A stretch of DNA of 64,000 bases, from the NCBI GenBank assembly GCA_050258035.1, contig JBLMYA010000092.1:24433-88432 (forward strand), in the 5' to 3' direction. The DNA comes from Verrucomicrobiota bacterium (GTDB lineage Bacteria; Actinomycetota; Thermoleophilia; Gaiellales; Gaiellaceae). The position numbers and the translations under genes were made by a program. Below are positions 1 through 9,560 of this stretch, one piece after another; the stretch's first letter is position 1, and every line of letters begins with the position of its first letter. Under the pieces are notes generated by a model. It was given only the letters and a program-made list of their open reading frames with translations, was not told the origin of the DNA and did not search any database.

Positions 1-1008
1 CGGCTCGAGGAAGGCGTGCTCGATGAACTGGGTGCGGAAGGTGTCGGCAACCACATGCGCCGCGCCTGCGAGCGCGGCGTCGGTGTCGCCGCGCCGGACG
101 ACCGAGCGCGAGAGCTCGCGGGCCCCGTGCTGGAACGGCGACGTCACCGGCTCGAGCACCTCGTACTCGACCTCGACGAGAGCGGCTGCCTCGTGGGCGG
201 CCTGCTTCGTCTCGGCGGCGACCGCAGCGAGGACGTCGCCGACGTAGGCGGTTTCCTCGCCGACGGCGACGAGCTGGCGCCAGTCGCGGGTGAGGAGGCC
301 CTGCGTCCGTTCGCCGGGCACCTCCTCGGCGGTGACGACCGCGACGACACCCGGGTGCGCCTTCGCCTTCGAAGTGTCGATCCGGAGGACGCGGGCGCGC
401 GGGTGATCGGAGAGCCGGAGCACGCCGTGCAGCATCCCCGGTCGCACGAGGTCGGCGACGAACGGCTTGTCGCCGAGCGCGAGCTCGACACCCCGGTAGC
501 GGGCCGCCCGCGTGCCGATCCGGCCGGAGAGGTCAGGCTCCGGCAACGGTGAGCCCCGCTTCGCGGCCGCCGCGAGCTCGATCGCGTCGACGATCTTCGC
601 GTAGCCCGTGCAGCGGCAGAGGTTGCCGAGGAGCGAGTGCGCGATCTCGGCGCGGGTCGGCTCGGGACGCCGGGCGAGCAGCGACTCGGCCTTCATCACC
701 ACGCCGGGCGAGCAGAAGCCGCACTGCGACGCGCCTGCGGCGACGAAGCACTCCGCCCACAGGCGCCGTGTCTCCTCGGAGAGCCCCTCCTGGGTGACGA
801 CCCTCTTCCCGGCGGCGCGGGTTGCCGGCTGGGCGCACGAGACACAGGCGCGGCCGTCGACGAGGACGGTGCACGCGCCGCACGAGCCTTCCGGCGCGCA
901 GCCGTCCTTGACCGCCTTCAGGCCGAGGTCGTCGCGGAGCAGCTCGAGCAGGCTCTCGCCCTCGCGAGGCTCCGCGACGATCGGACGGCCGTTGACGGTC
1001 AGCTCCAT
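1..1008 (-). CDS. Molybdenum hydroxylase (xanthine dehydrogenase / aldehyde oxidoreductase family) with fused N-terminal [2Fe-2S] domains; partial, 3' end beyond window
   Basis: Own translation of minus strand from ATG (1008-1006): MELTVNGRPIVAEPREGESLLELLRDDLGLKAVKDGCAPEGSCGACTVLVDG. Then QCGFCSPGVVM and CRCTGY (two 2Fe-2S Cys clusters). It continues without stop into GDKPFVADLVRPGMLHGVLRLSDHPRARVLRIDTSKAKAHPGVVAVVT, which looks like a MoCo-subunit N-terminus. It is missing from the ORF track because it is open at the window edge. Confidence 0.8.
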   Translation of the reverse strand, partial: MELTVNGRPIVAEPREGESLLELLRDDLGLKAVKDGCAPEGSCGACTVLVDGRACVSCAQPATRAAGKRVVTQEGLSEETRRLWAECFVAAGASQCGFCSPGVVMKAESLLARRPEPTRAEIAHSLLGNLCRCTGYAKIVDAIELAAAAKRGSPLPEPDLSGRIGTRAARYRGVELALGDKPFVADLVRPGMLHGVLRLSDHPRARVLRIDTSKAKAHPGVVAVVTAEEVPGERTQGLLTRDWRQLVAVGEETAYVGDVLAAVAAETKQAAHEAAALVEVEYEVLEPVTSPFQHGARELSRSVVRRGDTDAALAGAAHVVADTFRTQFIEHAFLEP

Positions 1009-1012
1009 GGCG

Positions 1013-1972
1013 CTACTCGACGGCCCCCAGGACGAGCGCGAGCAGCGACATGCGCAGGACGACGCCGTTGAATGCCTCCTGCCAGTACCGCGCGTGCCGC
1101 GTCTGGTCGACGTCGGCGGGCAGCTCGTCCATCCGCGGGAGGCTGTGGAGGATGATCGAGCCCGTCTTCGCCCGCTCGCGGAGCAGCTCCCGCGTCACCT
1201 GGTAGGTGCGTGGCGTGGTCGCGACGCCCCCGCCGAGATCCCGCTCCTCGCGCGACTTCGCGTAGTCGGCCTGGACGACCGGCTCCATGTAGATCACGTC
1301 CGCCTCCTCGATCACGTCCTCGACCGAGTCGGCCTCCTCGTAGCGGACGTTCCGCTCGTCCAGCTCGAGCATGAACTCGGGCAGGAGCGACATCTCGGGC
1401 GGCCCGACCACGTACGCCTTCGCGTCGAACTGCGAGAGTGCGTAGAGGATCGAGTGCATCGTCCGCATGCGCATGTCGCCGACGAGCAGGAAGGTGAGGC
1501 CGTCGATGCGGCCGAGCTCCGTACGGGTCGTGTACAGGTCGGTGAGGACCTGCGTCGGGTGCTCTCCCCAGCCGTCTCCGCAGTTGATCACCGGGACGGA
1601 GGCCCACCGTGCCGCCTCGGCCGGCGCGCCCTGCTCGAAGTGGCGCATCGCGATGACGTCGCCGTAGTACTCGAGCATGTGCACCGTGTCCTTGATCGAT
1701 TCCTGGTAGAAGTCGCCGGCGCGGGTCATCTTCGCGTCGGAGAAGCCGAGCACGTGCCCGCCGAGCCGGTGCATCGCCGCCTCGGTCGCCAGACGTGTGC
1801 GTGTGCTCGGCTGGTAGAAGGCGGTCAGCAGGGTCTTGCCGGTCAGCAGGTCGGCGTTCTGCCGGCTCTTCGCGATCGGCGCGAGCTCGTCGCAGATCTC
1901 GAAGACCCGCTCGAAGTCAGCCCGCTCGAATTCCTTGAGCGACAGGATGTCTCGCCCCAAGAAGCTCCTCAT
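1013..1972 (-). CDS. Aspartate carbamoyltransferase-like protein (ATCase/OTCase superfamily) with divergent acceptor-binding residues
   Basis: 319-aa track ORF, collinear by eye with E. coli PyrB. Carbamoyl-phosphate motifs STRTR, MRH, HPTQ, RTMHS and HSLPR are present. The stop lies 4 nt upstream of the Mo-hydroxylase start. Confidence 0.85.
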   Translation of the reverse strand: MRSFLGRDILSLKEFERADFERVFEICDELAPIAKSRQNADLLTGKTLLTAFYQPSTRTRLATEAAMHRLGGHVLGFSDAKMTRAGDFYQESIKDTVHMLEYYGDVIAMRHFEQGAPAEAARWASVPVINCGDGWGEHPTQVLTDLYTTRTELGRIDGLTFLLVGDMRMRTMHSILYALSQFDAKAYVVGPPEMSLLPEFMLELDERNVRYEEADSVEDVIEEADVIYMEPVVQADYAKSREERDLGGGVATTPRTYQVTRELLRERAKTGSIILHSLPRMDELPADVDQTRHARYWQEAFNGVVLRMSLLALVLGAVE

Positions 1973-3245
1973 CTCGTCTCCTTCTCGTCTCGTGGGCGCG
2001 GTCGACGCCCGTGAACAGCACTGCGACGCGCTCGTCCGGGGAGACGAGCGCGTTCTCGGCCAGGCTCAGGAGCCCGGCCAGGCCGGCGGAGCCGGTCGGG
2101 TCGACGTCGATGCCGGTGGCGCGGACCGCGATCTCGTTGGCGCGGGCGAGCGTGCGCTCGCCGACGACGAGCGGCGTGCCGCCGCTCTCGCGCATCGCCT
2201 CGACGACCGCGAGCCAGTCGTAGGTCTCGTCGTCCAGGATCCCGTGGGCGATGGAGTGCGGCTCCTGCTCCCACGGCCACATGAACTCGGACCGGTGTGT
2301 CGCCGCGTAGTGGAGGTCCGTGGCGGCGTCGAACGCGCGCTTCAGCGGCCATGCGCTCTCGGTCTGGACGGTGTCGAGCCGCGGTGCCGGTCCGCCCTCG
2401 CGGAGGCCCGCGGCAACGGCGCTCGCGAGCGCGCCGCCGCCGACCTGCACGACGACGCGGTCGAGCGTGACCCCGCTCGCCGCCAGCTCCCAGCCGAGCG
2501 TGTAGCCGCCCTCGATCGCCAGCCCGTTCAGGTTGCCCTGGCAGGTGAAGGGCAGCGCTCCGTCGTGCAGCGCCTCGAGCAGCCGCGCGTACGTCGGGTC
2601 GCCGGGCGCTCCCGTGCGCGCACAGACCTCGACGACCGCGCCGAGATCGTGCAGCTGCGTGAGCACGACCGGGTCGGCGTCGACGGGGACGAAGACCTGC
2701 AGCGTACGCCCGCCGGCGGCGGCGACGACGGCAGCGGCGAGCGCGGCGTTCCCGCAGCTCGCGACCGCGAGGTCCGGGCGGCCCCGTGCGAGGCCGAGCC
2801 GCTCCGCCGTTTCCAGGTAGACGAGCACCCCGAACAGGTGGCGGGCCTTGTGGGAGCCGGAGACGTTGCCGGTCTCGTCCTTCACCCACACGCCGCCCCT
2901 CTTCGAGAAGCCGAGCTCGTCGGACAGCGCGGTGCTGCGGGAGAACGGTGTGATCTCGAAACCGTGTCCGGCCACGGCCGCGACCCGGCGGTCGAGGGCC
3001 CGGACGAGCTCGACGAACTCGTCGTCCGGCAGGCCGAGGTGCCAGGCGTGGAGCAGACGGCGGAAGCGGACGAACGGGTTGGGCTCGGCGTCCCGGGACG
3101 GGAAGTCCACCCGCGGCAGCACACGGCGCAGCACGTGGTCGACGTCGCCCGCGCCGGCGTTCGGGCACCGGAACGGGTAGGGCTCTGAGGCAGGCGGCGA
3201 GGCGCCGCAGCCGGCGCAGACGAGCCGGCTCCCTTCGCTCTTCAC
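1917..3245 (-). CDS. Threonine-synthase-like fold-type-II PLP enzyme with Cys-rich (zinc-ribbon-like) N-terminus
   Basis: This is the last 442 codons of track ORF 1917..4367. GTG at 3245 overlaps the upstream stop (GTGA). Sequence features are [15 protein letters not shown]...[15 protein letters not shown] (candidate PLP lysine) and [11 protein letters not shown]. The 5' part of the 816-aa track ORF is out-of-frame read-through of the upstream gene. Confidence 0.7.
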   Translation of the reverse strand: MKSEGSRLVCAGCGASPPASEPYPFRCPNAGAGDVDHVLRRVLPRVDFPSRDAEPNPFVRFRRLLHAWHLGLPDDEFVELVRALDRRVAAVAGHGFEITPFSRSTALSDELGFSKRGGVWVKDETGNVSGSHKARHLFGVLVYLETAERLGLARGRPDLAVASCGNAALAAAVVAAAGGRTLQVFVPVDADPVVLTQLHDLGAVVEVCARTGAPGDPTYARLLEALHDGALPFTCQGNLNGLAIEGGYTLGWELAASGVTLDRVVVQVGGGALASAVAAGLREGGPAPRLDTVQTESAWPLKRAFDAATDLHYAATHRSEFMWPWEQEPHSIAHGILDDETYDWLAVVEAMRESGGTPLVVGERTLARANEIAVRATGIDVDPTGSAGLAGLLSLAENALVSPDERVAVLFTGVDRAHETRRRRDEELLGARHPVAQGIRAG

Positions 3246-4702
3246 AGCGTCTCCAGGACGCCCGTTCTCGCGTTGAACGCCTCGATCGCGGCGTCCCAGC
3301 TCTCCGCCCGGTTGCGGACATCGCGCCAGAACGCGGGGTCGCGCCGCGCGAGGAAATCCTCCACGGACACCCCTTGCTGCTCGACCCAGGTGAAGTACCC
3401 GAGGTTGAAGACGCGCAGGCGCTCCTCGTAGGTCAGCTCCCGGAGGTGGTCGGTCGCGGCGCCGAGCAGGTGCTCGCCGAACACCTCGGCGGCGGCGACC
3501 GGGTCGAAGCCGCCCCGGAAGTACTTCGCCAGGGCGAGCTCGCGTTCGCTCGCGTACATCGACGCTCCGTCGGTCGCCACCGTGGCGACGACATCGTCGG
3601 GGCCGAAGCCGAAATGCTTCGCGACCTTGATCGCCGCGAGGACGTTGCAGATGCTCGACAGACCGAGCGAGGGAAGCGCGGCGAGGATCCCGTCGCTCAC
3701 GCCGCGCCGGGCGAGGTACGCGTGCCCTTCGTCGGTGCCGAACAGGACGCCGAGCCGGTCGGTCGCGCGGTCGGAGACGGCGACGACCACGTCGGTGTTC
3801 ATCACGTTGTGGATCAGCGGCACGTGCTTGTCGCCGATCCCCTGGATGTTGTGCTCGCCGAAGCCGTTCAGGAGGAGCGTCGGGCACTCGAGCGCCTCGA
3901 CGGCGACGACGAGCGAGCCGTACTCCTCCTTCAGGTAGTCCCCGGCGGCGATCGTGCCGGCCGAGCCGGTGGCGGAGACGAACGCACGCAGCCGCCGGCC
4001 GCGGACGACCTGCTCGACCGCCCGGCCGGTCGCGAAGTAGTGGGCGACGTAGTTCCCGTACTCCGAGAACTGGTTGAGGATCACGTTCTCGGGATGGGTC
4101 GCGAGTTCGGCGCACGTGTCGTAGATCTCCTTGACGTTGCTCTCCGTGCCCGGCGTGCGGATGACGTCCTCGTCCGGATCGACGACCCAGCGCGCCAGCC
4201 ACTCGAACCGCTCGCGGCTCATGCCCTCGGGGAGGACGGCGACGCCGCGGCAGCCCATCAGCCGCGAGATCGCGACGCCGCCGCGACAGTAGTTGCCGGT
4301 CGACGGCCAGATCGCCCGGTTCCGGGTCGGGTCGAACTCGCCGCCGACGAGCCGGGGCGCCAGGCACCCGTAGGCGGCGAGCACCTTGTGCGCTCCGATC
4401 ATCGGGAAGCGGTCCCCGAGGAGGACCACGACCGGGACCTCGACCCCCGTCAGCTCGGGCGGCAGGACGACATGCTCGGGAACCGCAGCCCGGGTGGTGC
4501 GGTCGGCCGCGTTGAACCAGTTGACGCGGAAGAGATTGAGGGGATGGGGGTCGTCCGGCCCGACGGCTCGCAGTGACTCCGTGACCCGATCCGGGACGAG
4601 CGACGGATCGGCGAGCTGGGCGAAGGTCGGCAGCGCGATGCCCGCTTCCCGAAAGCGGTCAGCGATCCGATCGAGAACCACGTCTGCGAACTCCGCGAGC
4701 AC
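3242..4702 (-). CDS. Fold-type-II PLP-dependent enzyme (CysK/TrpB-like core, about 486 aa, with N- and C-terminal extensions)
   Basis: Track ORF 3242..4888. I place the start at GTG 4702, preceded by AGGAG with a 5-nt spacer. Codons 4703-4888 have poor GC3 (about 22 of 62 end in A/T, hand count). Motifs are [11 protein letters not shown] (candidate PLP Lys) and STGNYCRGG (S-x-GN-x-G type). Confidence 0.7.
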   Translation of the reverse strand: MLAEFADVVLDRIADRFREAGIALPTFAQLADPSLVPDRVTESLRAVGPDDPHPLNLFRVNWFNAADRTTRAAVPEHVVLPPELTGVEVPVVVLLGDRFPMIGAHKVLAAYGCLAPRLVGGEFDPTRNRAIWPSTGNYCRGGVAISRLMGCRGVAVLPEGMSRERFEWLARWVVDPDEDVIRTPGTESNVKEIYDTCAELATHPENVILNQFSEYGNYVAHYFATGRAVEQVVRGRRLRAFVSATGSAGTIAAGDYLKEEYGSLVVAVEALECPTLLLNGFGEHNIQGIGDKHVPLIHNVMNTDVVVAVSDRATDRLGVLFGTDEGHAYLARRGVSDGILAALPSLGLSSICNVLAAIKVAKHFGFGPDDVVATVATDGASMYASERELALAKYFRGGFDPVAAAEVFGEHLLGAATDHLRELTYEERLRVFNLGYFTWVEQQGVSVEDFLARRDPAFWRDVRNRAESWDAAIEAFNARTGVLETL

Positions 4703-4953
4703 CGGCGCTCCTGGTCTTGTGAACTTCGATGCAACGTTAGGAACTTCCGCCGCCTGCGCCGTCGGTGCTTCGCCGTAGGCGCTATCAGGGGATTCCCCGG
4801 CGAGAGCGCTGCCGGGGGCAGGGCGGTGTCGACTCGGCACGAGACCGCGTTCTCGCTGATCCGCCCTCAGCGCCTGCACCGACGGCACGGGCAGCGCGGG
4901 TGCGATCGTGCGGTCGTCCTGGTCGCAGAGACGAGGTACCGCAACGCTCTGGT

Positions 4954-4965
4954 GGTCGTACGACC
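4954..4965. promoter_or_regulatory. Perfect 12-bp palindrome GGTCGTACGACC in the leader of the PLP/carbamoyltransferase operon
   Basis: Read directly from the sequence. It lies in the 321-nt non-coding stretch 4703-5023, upstream of the operon. Confidence 0.2.
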
Positions 4966-5023
4966 GCGGCGACCCGGCCGGCCCGCCGCACCGGGCCGGA
5001 CGCGTGACGGAGCGGGCGCGAGC

Positions 5024-5695
5024 TCAGGGCCGTTCGGCAGTCCAGCGGTACACGGGCTCCAGACCCTGCGCGCGCCCTGCCTCGGCCGCGTCCGCGAGGT
5101 GCGGTCGGCCGCCGATGCAATCGCGCCAGGCCAGCCCGACTCTCCACAGGCTCGGATCTCGGCTTGCGTGCTGCACGGCTGCTCGGGCCCCGGGGCCTGC
5201 GAAGACGAAGATCGCCTCATCGGCCGTCAGATAGACCTCGTGCCGACTCAGACCAAGCGTCCTCGGATCGAACGGCGGCCCCTTGCCGACCAGCTCACGT
5301 GCCCGTTGCAGCCGGCCCTGCTTCAAGGGAACCACGACCGCGACCTCGTCGTCGCCGCCGGTCTTGCGTGCAAGCGCACCGAGCACGTCTGCGACTTCAT
5401 GGAGAAGGCCGAACCCGAAGAACTCCACCTGGACCGAGCGAAGCGGGCCTCGCTCGAGCAGCAACGCCGGCCGATCGCCCAGACGCTCCTCCGGGCTCCG
5501 GGCGATCCGCACCCCGGTGAGCTCCGAATAGGCGATATCGAGCGCGACATTGCCACCCGGGCCACGTCCTTCCAGCAGAAGCCGATCCTCGGCGACTACC
5601 AGCACGCCGCGCATGGGCGGATCACCGCCCGAACGGAATGCAACGGCGTAACGGGGCCCGGCGAGGGTCGGCATCGCATCAATGTGCACCCGCAC
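5024..5695 (-). CDS. Hypothetical protein
   Basis: 223-aa track ORF with protein-like composition (VLVVAEDRLLLEGRG..., VVVPLKQGRLQRARELV...). No family recognised and the start is uncertain. Confidence 0.5.
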   Translation of the reverse strand: MRVHIDAMPTLAGPRYAVAFRSGGDPPMRGVLVVAEDRLLLEGRGPGGNVALDIAYSELTGVRIARSPEERLGDRPALLLERGPLRSVQVEFFGFGLLHEVADVLGALARKTGGDDEVAVVVPLKQGRLQRARELVGKGPPFDPRTLGLSRHEVYLTADEAIFVFAGPGARAAVQHASRDPSLWRVGLAWRDCIGGRPHLADAAEAGRAQGLEPVYRWTAERP

Positions 5696-5826
5696 GTCGG
5701 CCCTGCCGTCCGTGTCCCACCGCGACAGCGCTCGGAGAACTACTGATCTCGATCAGCGCGCCGACCACAGGGAAGTGAGCCTGCACCGGCTGAGGGGTCT
5801 CGAACTGCTCGGGTTAGGCTTGCCGC

Positions 5827-7959
5827 GTGCCGGCGCGCTGGACACGATTCGTCCTCCGCCACCGAAACGTCGTGATCCTCAGCTGGATCGTGGTGGTCGT
5901 GCTCGGCCTCTGGTCTTCGACGCGGCTGCACGATCGGCTCACGACGTCCTTCGACGTCCCCGGCACCGACTCCCACCGCGCCGCCGCGCTGCTCGGGCGG
6001 CACTTCGGCGTGCGTCCCGAAGGCACGTTCACCGTCGTCTTCCCGGTCGCCCGCCCGTCGGACCGGGCCCTCCGTGCACGACTCCAGCTGCGGCTCGACC
6101 GCGCGGCCGCGAGCCTTCCGACCGGCGGCCCGGGCGTCCTGCGAAGCGGCGGCCGCGTCCTGTACGGCGACGTGACCACGGCGCTGAGCCTGAGCACGGC
6201 GAAGCGGTATACGGACGACCTGCGGCGCGCGCTGCGTTCCCGCGGCGGGCCGGCGGCGCTCGTCACCGGTGAACCTGCGATCCAGCACGATCTCGACCCG
6301 CTGCTCGCCTCTGATCTCAGGCGAGGCGAAGCACTCGCCCTGCCCGTTGCCCTGCTCGTGCTCGTGGCGATGCTCGGGCTCTCCCTGGCGGTCGCCGTTC
6401 CGTTCGCCGTCGCAGTGGGAGCGATCTCGGCGACGCTCGGAATCGTGTACCTGGTCGCGTCGGCGACGCCCGTCGTGGCCTTCGTGCCGAACCTCGTCGA
6501 GCTGATCGGGCTCGCGCTCGCGATCGACTACTCGCTGCTAATCGTCCTGCGCTATCGCGAGGAGTTGATCCCTGGACGGTCACGTGAACAGGCGATGGCG
6601 GCGACGATGGCGACGGCCGGCCGCGCCGTCGCCTTCTCGGGTCTGGCGGTCGCGATCGGGCTCGGGCTGCTCCTCGTCATGCCGATCCCGTTCATCCGCG
6701 GCCTCGGTCTCGGCGGCTTGCTCGTTCCCCTCGCGGCAGTCGCCGCCGGGCTGACTCTCCTGCCGGCGCTGCTCTCCTGCCTGAGGGAACGGCCCCGGGG
6801 CCGCCGGGCGACCGATGAGGACGGTACGTGGGCGCGCGTCGCCCGCAGGGTCATGGGCCGACCCGTGCGGCATCTGATCGCAGGCACGGTGATCCTCCTG
6901 GCGGCTGCCGCGCCCGCGCTCGGCCTCCAGCTCACGCCCGGCTCGATCAAGGGGCTCCCCTCGTCGTCGGAGGCGGTGCAGGGCTACTCGCTGCTGAGCC
7001 GGCGGGTCGGGCTCGGAGCCGTGACGCCCATCCAACTGGTCGTCGACGCAGGCAGTCCCGGTGCGGCGCGCGCGGACGCCGTCCGGTCGGCGATCGAGCG
7101 GCTCGCCGACCGGATCGCCGGCGACCCCGAGGCGTACGTGATCGCGAGCGGGAGAAGGCCCCCCTACGTCGACCCGACCGGACGCTACGCGCGGGTGATC
7201 GTCGCCGGACGGCACGAGTACGGCGAGCCTGCCTCCCGGTCGTTCGTCCGGCGCCTCCGCGACCGGCTCGTAGCGGCGTCGGGCTTCCCGGCGGGCGTGC
7301 GGGTCTACGCCGGCGGGATCCCGCCGCAGGGCGTCGACTTCCTGGCCCGCTCGTACGCGGTGTTCCCGTGGCTCGTGCTCGGCGTGCTCGCGTCGACGTT
7401 CGCGGCGCTCACCTGGGCGTTCAGGTCCCTGCTGCTGCCGTTGAAGGCGGTGCTGCTGAACCTGTTGACCGTCTCCGCCGTCTACGGGCTGCTCGTCGTC
7501 ATCTTCCGCTGGGGGGTGGGGAGCGGCCTCGGACTTCACCGCAGCGACCAGGTCGAGGGCTGGATCCCGATCTTCCTGTTCGCGGTCCTCTTCGGCCTCT
7601 CGATGGACTACGAGGTCTTCATGGTCACGCGGATGCGAGAAGCGTGGGACGCGCGGCACGACAACAGGCAGGCGGTGGCGATCGGACTGGAGCGGACCGG
7701 CCGGATCGTCACGGCGGCGGCCGCGATCATGATCGTCGCCTTCGCGGGGTTCGCCGTCGGCCGGGTGCCGGGCCTTCAGGAGCTCGGGGTCGGCCTGGCG
7801 CTGGCGGTCTTCCTGGACGCGACGCTGGTACGAGTCGTGCTCGTGCCGTCGCTGATGGCGATCCTCGGCCGCTGGAACTGGTGGCTCCCCGGGCGGGCCG
7901 CAGGACATGCCGAGAGAGGGGCGCCGGACGACGCCCCTCTCTCGGAGCACACCGTCTAG
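5827..7959 (+). CDS. MMPL-family (RND superfamily) membrane transporter
   Basis: 710 aa with two blocks of multiple TM helices separated by soluble loops. The MPARWTRFVLRHRNVVILSWIVVVVLGLW N-terminus and the repeated LAIDYSLLIV / GLSMDYEVFMV motifs are typical of MMPL proteins. Confidence 0.85.
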   Translation: MPARWTRFVLRHRNVVILSWIVVVVLGLWSSTRLHDRLTTSFDVPGTDSHRAAALLGRHFGVRPEGTFTVVFPVARPSDRALRARLQLRLDRAAASLPTGGPGVLRSGGRVLYGDVTTALSLSTAKRYTDDLRRALRSRGGPAALVTGEPAIQHDLDPLLASDLRRGEALALPVALLVLVAMLGLSLAVAVPFAVAVGAISATLGIVYLVASATPVVAFVPNLVELIGLALAIDYSLLIVLRYREELIPGRSREQAMAATMATAGRAVAFSGLAVAIGLGLLLVMPIPFIRGLGLGGLLVPLAAVAAGLTLLPALLSCLRERPRGRRATDEDGTWARVARRVMGRPVRHLIAGTVILLAAAAPALGLQLTPGSIKGLPSSSEAVQGYSLLSRRVGLGAVTPIQLVVDAGSPGAARADAVRSAIERLADRIAGDPEAYVIASGRRPPYVDPTGRYARVIVAGRHEYGEPASRSFVRRLRDRLVAASGFPAGVRVYAGGIPPQGVDFLARSYAVFPWLVLGVLASTFAALTWAFRSLLLPLKAVLLNLLTVSAVYGLLVVIFRWGVGSGLGLHRSDQVEGWIPIFLFAVLFGLSMDYEVFMVTRMREAWDARHDNRQAVAIGLERTGRIVTAAAAIMIVAFAGFAVGRVPGLQELGVGLALAVFLDATLVRVVLVPSLMAILGRWNWWLPGRAAGHAERGAPDDAPLSEHTV

Positions 7960-7960
7960 T

Positions 7961-9535
7961 TCAGGCCACCACCTTGACGGCCAGCCGGAAGGCCGGCAGC
8001 CGGTATCCGAGCGCCAGACCCGGATAGTCGCGTGCGAAGCTCAGGAACGGAACTGCGGCGTGCGGGGGGTAGGCGTAGGCCGGCTGGTAGGGATAGAGCA
8101 GAGGGTAGATGTCGATCAGGTGCGTGCCCGGCCCGCCGGTCGCGGCCAGGTTCAGCACGACGTCGCCCTGGCTGTTGAAGCCGCAGCCGTACCCCACGTA
8201 GCCGTTGTCGTACGTGACCGCGACGGTGTTGTCGAGCTGGGTCCAGCCCACGCCCTTGAGATGGACCTGGAACATGTGCCCCGCCTTCACCACGCGCGGG
8301 ACGCTGATCACGCTTCGCTCGATGAAGTAGGGGACCTGCGCCCTGACCTGACCGCCCTGCAGAACCTGCACGACGTGCCAGCCGCCCAGGCCGTCAGGAA
8401 CCTCGAACGAGCCCTGCAACGATCCGTCCGCAGCCGCCTTGCCGCTGCCGAGCGGCACCGACGCCATCGTCCAGCACGTCCCCGTGCAGTTGACGCGGTT
8501 GCCGACGACCGTGCCGAGCGCGAGCTCGACCGGCTGATTCGGAGCCAGGCCGGTCGCGGACAGAGCCACCTTGCGCCCGACCGCACCGGAGGTCGATCCC
8601 AGCTTGACGCCGGCACCACCGGTTGCGTCGAGGCCCGTGGCGGACATGGTCGTCCGCGTGTCGACGGTCGGCTTCACGCTCACCGGCCAGTCGGTACGAG
8701 TCGGGGGCGGGCCGGCGTCCCTGGTGACCACGAAGGTCCTCAGCCCGCCCGTCGCCCACGGGATCGGCGACTGTTGGATGTTCAGATAGTTGAACTGCAT
8801 GCCCGTGCCGATCAGCAGCGTGTGCTTGCCCACGGGGCCCGCAGCCCGGATCTGCACGGTCGCCTCACCACGCGTCCACTTGGCGGTGGCGACGCCGGCG
8901 TACCGGCCGTCCCACCAGACGCTGGCCGAGCCGCCGTAGAGGGTCGAGCCGAGGCCGCCGATCCTGATCGTGATCGGTGTCCCGATCGGCCCCTTGAGCG
9001 GCGTCACGCGAAGCGTGCGCGAGATCAGGTAGCCGCCCTTCGCGACCTGGACGCCGTCGATCACGGCGTAGATGTCGTGGATCGCACCGAAGTCCCTCGG
9101 TGCCTTCAACGAGATCGTGAAGGCACCCTTCGCGTCGGTCTTCGTCGTCGCGAGAACGACGCCGATACCCTTGGTCTCCGACTGCCCGATGTAGTCGACG
9201 CTGTCGGGCCGTGCGTCGAGGACCCAGTTCACGTTCGACGTCGTCCAGACGATGGAGACGTCCTTGTTCGCCCCGAGCCTGTTGCCGGACAGGGTGAACG
9301 GAGCTCCCGCCGCGCCCGTGTCGGGAGTCACCTTGAGCAGGCCCATGGTGTCCGACGCCTTGGCCGGCGGTGCCACCGGCCCGGGGAGCGGGGCGGCGCC
9401 GGGGATGACCGGCGCCGGCACCGGCGCGGGGGCTGCGAGAGCCGCGGACGGGAACAGCGCGAACGCCGACGCGAGCAGCGCCGCGGCAGCCCAGAGCGAC
9501 AGGACGTGCCTCGTTGTCGCGGTCTTCGTGGTCAT
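7961..9535 (-). CDS. Exported multi-domain (Ig-like beta-sandwich style) protein of unknown function
   Basis: ATG at 9535 is preceded by AGGAGG. Signal peptide MTTKTATTRHVLSLWAAAALLASAFALFPSAALA. The track ORF extends to 9736, but that extension is Ser/Arg-rich junk. Confidence 0.7.
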   Translation of the reverse strand: MTTKTATTRHVLSLWAAAALLASAFALFPSAALAAPAPVPAPVIPGAAPLPGPVAPPAKASDTMGLLKVTPDTGAAGAPFTLSGNRLGANKDVSIVWTTSNVNWVLDARPDSVDYIGQSETKGIGVVLATTKTDAKGAFTISLKAPRDFGAIHDIYAVIDGVQVAKGGYLISRTLRVTPLKGPIGTPITIRIGGLGSTLYGGSASVWWDGRYAGVATAKWTRGEATVQIRAAGPVGKHTLLIGTGMQFNYLNIQQSPIPWATGGLRTFVVTRDAGPPPTRTDWPVSVKPTVDTRTTMSATGLDATGGAGVKLGSTSGAVGRKVALSATGLAPNQPVELALGTVVGNRVNCTGTCWTMASVPLGSGKAAADGSLQGSFEVPDGLGGWHVVQVLQGGQVRAQVPYFIERSVISVPRVVKAGHMFQVHLKGVGWTQLDNTVAVTYDNGYVGYGCGFNSQGDVVLNLAATGGPGTHLIDIYPLLYPYQPAYAYPPHAAVPFLSFARDYPGLALGYRLPAFRLAVKVVA

Positions 9536-9560
9536 GTCGTTCTGCCTCCTTGACCTCGGC

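Noticed and set aside
3246-4367. 5' two-thirds of the 816-aa ORF 1917..4367
   Set aside because: It is an out-of-frame read-through of the PLP gene 3242..4702 on the same strand. The sequence there is Arg/Pro/Gly junk, and a GTG at 3245 overlapping the upstream stop gives a sensible ThrC-like protein.
4703-4888. N-terminal 62-codon extension of ORF 3242..4888
   Set aside because: About 22 of 62 codons end in A/T (hand count), against near-uniform G/C in real genes here. The composition is low-complexity, and a strong AGGAG-N5-GTG lies at 4702.
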